A stretch of DNA of 62,709 nt, the filler included, from Diploschistes diacapsis (lineage: Eukaryota): the NCBI GenBank assembly GCA_023645945.1. It is 12 parts of 12 records of this genome, joined end to end, with 100 filler letters (N's around TTAATTAATTAA, not from the genome) between each part and the next. Parts side by side here need not be neighbours in the genome. Positions count along the whole stretch, not along the records: positions 56,145 to 59,377 come from JALAIB010001975.1; positions 59,478 to 62,709 come from JALAIB010001976.1; 10 more parts are not named here. One strand, given 5' to 3'. The translations under genes and the position numbers were made by a program. Below, in pieces: positions 58,504-62,709 of the stretch; positions within the stretch are counted from its first letter, which is position 1; every line of letters begins with the position of its first letter. The notes below the pieces were generated by a model that was given only the letters and a program-made list of their open reading frames with translations, ran no database searches and was not told the origin of the DNA.

Positions 58504-59377
58504 ATGCCAGGGTTCCCGAGCTCGGCGCCGGTGCTGTCGACACCAGATACGCACATCTTTGAGGCGCAAACCGCGGTGAGACATCCGCCGCCACCCCAAG
58601 CAATTTCCGACGAAGACTTTGCAACAAAATACGAGATATCACGGACGGCCTCCGAAGTCAAAGCCGGAAAATGGCACACCATAGCGCTCCAATTCCCGGA
58701 CTCCCTGCTTCCGGACGCATCGCGGGTAGTGGAAGCACTACAGGCGGAACTCCAGCGCCTCCCCCAGCCTCCTCTTCCCACCGAAGATGCCGCAGAAACC
58801 ACAAGCCCCTCAGCACTCGAAACATCCTTCAACGACCTTTCCACCTCCTCCGACACAACCCCCTCTCCTCGAAGTTCCCGGCCTAACAAGGAAAAGCTCT
58901 ACATCCTCGCGGACACCTCCTACGGCTCTTGCTGCGCCGACGAGATCGCCGCCGAGCACGTCTCCGCCGACGTCCTGATCCACTACGGGCGCGCCTGCCT
59001 GTCGCCCACCTCGCGCCTGCCGGTCATCTACGTCTTCACGATGCAGCTGCTCGCGCACGAGCCGCTGGTCGCGAGCTTCAAGGCCACATACCCGGACCTC
59101 GCCGCCAAAATCGTGCTCATGGCCGACGTCATGTTCTCGAGCCACGTGCCCGCTCTCGCCGCACGGCTCGCAGGCGAGGGGTACACGGCGCTCTTCGCGC
59201 CCGATGTCCGGCACGATCCCGCGTCCGCGCTGCCGAACCGGACGGTGCCGCCTGACGTCGCGGGCGACGCGGGGACGCTGAGAGGGTACCACCTCTTCCA
59301 CGTCTCCGACCCGGCGCCCGCGCTGCTGCTCACGCTCTCTTCGCGCGTGGCCAGCATACACGTATATCCCACTTCCC
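58504..59377 (+). CDS. DPH2: Diphthamide biosynthesis protein 2, 3'-truncated
   Basis: [18 protein letters not shown] and [47 protein letters not shown]. Confidence 0.92.
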
Positions 59378-59477
59378 NNNNNNNNNNNNNNNNNNNNNNN
59401 NNNNNNNNNNNNNNNNNNNNNTTAATTAATTAANNNNNNNNNNNNNNNNNNNNNNNNNNNNNNNNNNNNNNNNNNNN
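59378..59477. other. Artificial contig linker
   Basis: N44-TTAATTAATTAA-N44. Confidence 0.98.
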
Positions 59478-60043
59478 ATATTCTTTGCTTCAAATAAACC
59501 GTGCACGTATATTGAGATGTAGTGGGAAGACATAGAAAATTCAGAAAGATCGGAAGTGTCAACTCCGATAATTTACTTATGTAATAGCGTTTATTTCGGT
59601 CAGAATAACTGCCCCCCGGGATATGGATAATGTCTTGGCAGTTAAACGTAGAAACTCACAATCCAACAACTTTTAGATCTTGATGGTTTTCCACGCGACT
59701 ACGAGGTTGGTTATGTAGGTCAGTTCTATAGAAGGCGAGCACTGGTGGATCAATTGAAAATTGTCATATGAAATGGAAAGCTCGCTTCTGGCTAATAACA
59801 TCAAAGTGCTCCTCGATACTGGGGGTGTGCTTGCCTGATCATCCATCCATCCAAAATCGAGCGCTCTCCCCAGTCTCTTTCTCTTGGTCAATTATTCTTC
59901 AATTTAGGTACCGACTGTCTCTTGCAGTTTGCCTTCACCTCCAAAGGCCTCATGAGCTCTATCAGGACAGGAAGCTCAGGATTAGAGGTCGCAGCCACCC
60001 CAACACAAGCGAGGCATGTTTGCGAGGTCCATGGTGATAATGT

Positions 60044-60673
60044 TCAATTGCTGCCCTGGACATGCAGCTTCTTAAAGACTTCAAAGTTTAAAGGTACCTT
60101 CTCACCCATCCATGTTGCGCCGGTGGTGTGATCTCTGAGATCGTTACCTGTATTGGGATGAACGAGTGCGCTTAGTGGCCCCCTATATACGGCCAGCCAC
60201 GATATGAAGGCACCAAACTGTTCTGGAGAGAAGACGTTCACTTCGAACATGGGCAGCTGGTGGGGACCGACCGGCTTGTCCCATACTCTATAGATGCGAA
60301 GCTCGGGAACTTAGGACACGGTTAACGAGATGGATTCCCAACAAATGAAAGATACGAACACTCCCGCCGGATTCGTTCCCAAAGCTCCTGCGCGTATTGT
60401 CCTTGTCCAGGTTTCTCCAAGTCATAGTAGATATGTATGTCGAAGCCTCCTCGCTCGCCGTTGCTGATTGGGCCCATGAAGCGCTGATATGCCGGGCTTT
60501 TGACACCCGTCTGCGGGTTCACAAAACTTTTGCCATCTGCGTTCTTCTCACTGGTTCGGTCTTTGGGTAAGCACTCGACAGGAGACGAGTCACATAGCAG
60601 CTTACTCAGGTAAAGAGGGGAGGTTCCTGTAACCCTCAAGAAGCGTCGGATACTGATAGCTCTGCATTGTCAT
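60044..60673 (-). CDS. DOPA 4,5-dioxygenase family protein (3 exons)
   Basis: Spliced product: MTMQSYQYPTLLEGY...GFDIHIYY...LWERIRREFPELRIYRVWDKPVGPHQLPMFEVNV...LVHPNTG...DHTTGATWMG. Confidence 0.88.
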
Positions 60674-61959
60674 TATTGCTGCGCCTAAACCTTCAGTACC
60701 GCGGATTCACTGAGGTGTTACTTCTTACGATCTATCAAATGGAAAACCTGGTAATATATACTACTACTACTGCACTGCTACAGATTGTTGTTCAGTCCGC
60801 TATGCATAATTCAAGGGCCGTTATTAGCAATCGCTTTCCCCTCCACCCTCCGTTGTTACAGTAAAGTAAGCCCCTCGGCTCAAGCGACACGAACGAACTT
60901 GACAGGAACACTCATCCGCCTCATCTGATCGACGATTCTCTTCCAAAGCCCTCGGGGTTCAATAAGAGCGCTGGGCTTTTGTCTTTTGTGGTATTTCTAA
61001 GCAGACGATGACATAATCCATGTCTTTCGGCTTCAAGTCGCGACAACAAAGACCGAGAAAATACTAATTCATGTCTACTGTTCATATCGGATGTTATAGC
61101 TTCTTCACCTCCTCACAGTTCTCCTTTGGAAGTATAGTATACAAGATCGAATGGACTGTCAAGCACAGAGTGTGCCTTGGAACCCTTTCGACTGGCGTTT
61201 GACCTTGTGGCCAAGCTTCGGCACGTGTTGGGCCTCTGGAATTCTATCCAGACGACCGGCTTCCTTTGAGCGCATATGAATACTAGACAGCTCCCCAACA
61301 GAAGGGTCGACTTTACCTTCACCTCGTATCGCCCGAAGCTTCCTCCGTCCAAGCTTGGTTGACAGCCAGGTCCTCTTCAAAGATGTTCAATTCGAGCAAA
61401 CCTGCTCAGACACGAGCCCCTGACTCTTCCTTGTTGCACAGTGCCAGAGAGGACACACGAACGTGTGTCTCGGTCTTCTTAATGGATCTAGGTATTGTGG
61501 AAAATTATTTTTATACCAGTCTTTTTAATATAGAAGCATCGTACTCACTCATATCTTACTGTTGTGACTTTGGAGCCTGACATGTGAGAGAAGCACAACC
61601 ATTGCTGTGATGTTACGCGAACCTCTTCTCTTACTCTTCTCTCCATGTCTTGAAGTTTAAGCATAACTGGTTTGTGCTCGCTTCCGCTACTATCCACCAC
61701 TGTTTGGGTTGCAAGTCCCCATTTGCACCACTTCAGATTGCTTTATCCTTTGACCAGGAGCTATTATTCCACAAGGGCGAGCTCCTGGGTCTTGTAGTGT
61801 TTCCTCTCTGAAGGTCTACCACCTTTCACTCTAGATCCGACTTCTTCTTGTCCCACTTTTGCTCGTCAGCGGAAAAGGTTCAGTAGCTTCTGCTGCCCGT
61901 TGGACTCCTTCCTTGAGGACCTTCCTCTCTGTTACGCTACAGCTATTTGGTAACAGTGA

Positions 61960-62709
61960 ATGGAGCCCCCGTCCGCCACCTCCGGAGCGAGACCCGCAGT
62001 CACCTCTACTGTGGGATCCGATGCGTCTCCAACGTCTTCCTCACCTATATTCTTGCCTTTGCTGACCGTGGGTCTTATTCTCGCTGTCCTCTTCACCGTC
62101 GGGATTGGTATCTATTTCTCTTGTCACTGGAAGCGAAAACACCGCAACGGAGATCTAAGCCACGAAGAGATGAAACGAACGATATCGTATCCGCTTGTGG
62201 GAACGACACGGCCTACAACAGCTTCGACAATGCCAGACGAACCTACTCCAGTCCTACCCAGAAGCCCGGACTCCGTCAAGCCAGCAAAGCCTCCCTACCG
62301 AAACTCTTCCGCAGAAGAAGACAAAATCTGGATCACAGCCATACCCCGCGTCTCCCCCTTCCAACCAGAACGCATGTTCACAAACCCGCCTCGACGCTTC
62401 GGCCACAAGAAATCCACCTCCCACCTCCGACAGTACGGGACCAACGACATCATACGCAATCCGCTCCGCCGGAACCCCTACCTCCCAATCTTCGAAACAT
62501 TCACGACCCGCAAAAACTCCAAACCCAGAGCCCAGATCTCCGCGCCACAACCAATCCCTCACACCACCATCACCAATACCGCAGCCCCTCTTTTCCGGGG
62601 CCCCAGGAGCACCTCCCTGCGCGGCCAGCCCCTTCAAACCCGGCACGCCACACTTGTCGCGCCGGACACCCATCACGGAAACCTCTACCCAAGCCCCCAT
62701 TCCCAACCG
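61960..62709 (+). CDS. Single-pass membrane hypothetical protein, runs off the window end
   Basis: ATG at 61960 and 250 open codons; short S/T-rich N-tail, TM IFLPLLTVGLILAVLFTVGIGIYF followed by basic WKRKHR; absent from the ORF track because there is no stop. Confidence 0.65.
   Translation, partial: MEPPSATSGARPAVTSTVGSDASPTSSSPIFLPLLTVGLILAVLFTVGIGIYFSCHWKRKHRNGDLSHEEMKRTISYPLVGTTRPTTASTMPDEPTPVLPRSPDSVKPAKPPYRNSSAEEDKIWITAIPRVSPFQPERMFTNPPRRFGHKKSTSHLRQYGTNDIIRNPLRRNPYLPIFETFTTRKNSKPRAQISAPQPIPHTTITNTAAPLFRGPRSTSLRGQPLQTRHATLVAPDTHHGNLYPSPHSQP

Noticed and set aside
25876..59477. TTAATTAATTAA recurring every ~3.3 kb, superficially a regular repeat array
   Set aside because: Always centred in exactly 100 nt of N padding and gives stops in all six frames, so it is a concatenation linker. 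The spacing reflects length-sorted contigs.
25976..62709. Apparent gene neighbourhoods across contigs (e.g. RNase H1 beside repeat arrays, DOPA dioxygenase beside the MFS pseudogene)
   Set aside because: The genes lie on different contigs joined artificially; no linkage can be inferred
1..62709. tRNA, rRNA or snRNA genes
   Set aside because: No cloverleaf or rRNA-like sequence recognised by eye; tRNAscan-SE and Infernal would be needed to exclude small RNAs

Overview
Eukaryotic DNA from a filamentous ascomycete (Pezizomycotina-type genes, short GT-AG introns with CTRAY-like branch sites). The window is not one continuous locus. It is 12 contigs joined by eleven artificial 100-nt linkers (44 N + TTAATTAATTAA + 44 N): one 25.9-kb contig followed by eleven ~3.26-3.23-kb contigs in decreasing length order, so adjacency across linkers carries no meaning. 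Recognisable genes: ELMO/CED-12 protein, SDH1, a GAP1-type amino-acid permease, a GPI-anchored Ser/Thr-rich protein, SIL1, a DxD glycosyltransferase-like protein, an RpiB-family isomerase, a CHIP-type TPR/U-box ligase, RNase H1, a centrin-like EF-hand protein, a DUF1752/DUF3295 protein, ESF2 (partial), ATP25, a DUF3455 secreted protein, DPH2 (partial) and a DOPA 4,5-dioxygenase-family gene. There is also an MFS pseudogene, RIP-like AT-rich repeat relics and one repeat-rich contig. Leading candidates for something new: (1) two neighbouring, highly diverged paralogues sharing an unassigned PH...HIT...AH[VI]Y His-triad domain, visible only after splicing; (2) an orphan protein with about 29 in-register pentapeptide repeats and a duplicated CCC tail; (3) an open, Arg-rich, non-AUG extension upstream of RNase H1 that resembles a mitochondrial presequence. 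All family calls come from motif recognition by eye; no searches were run.
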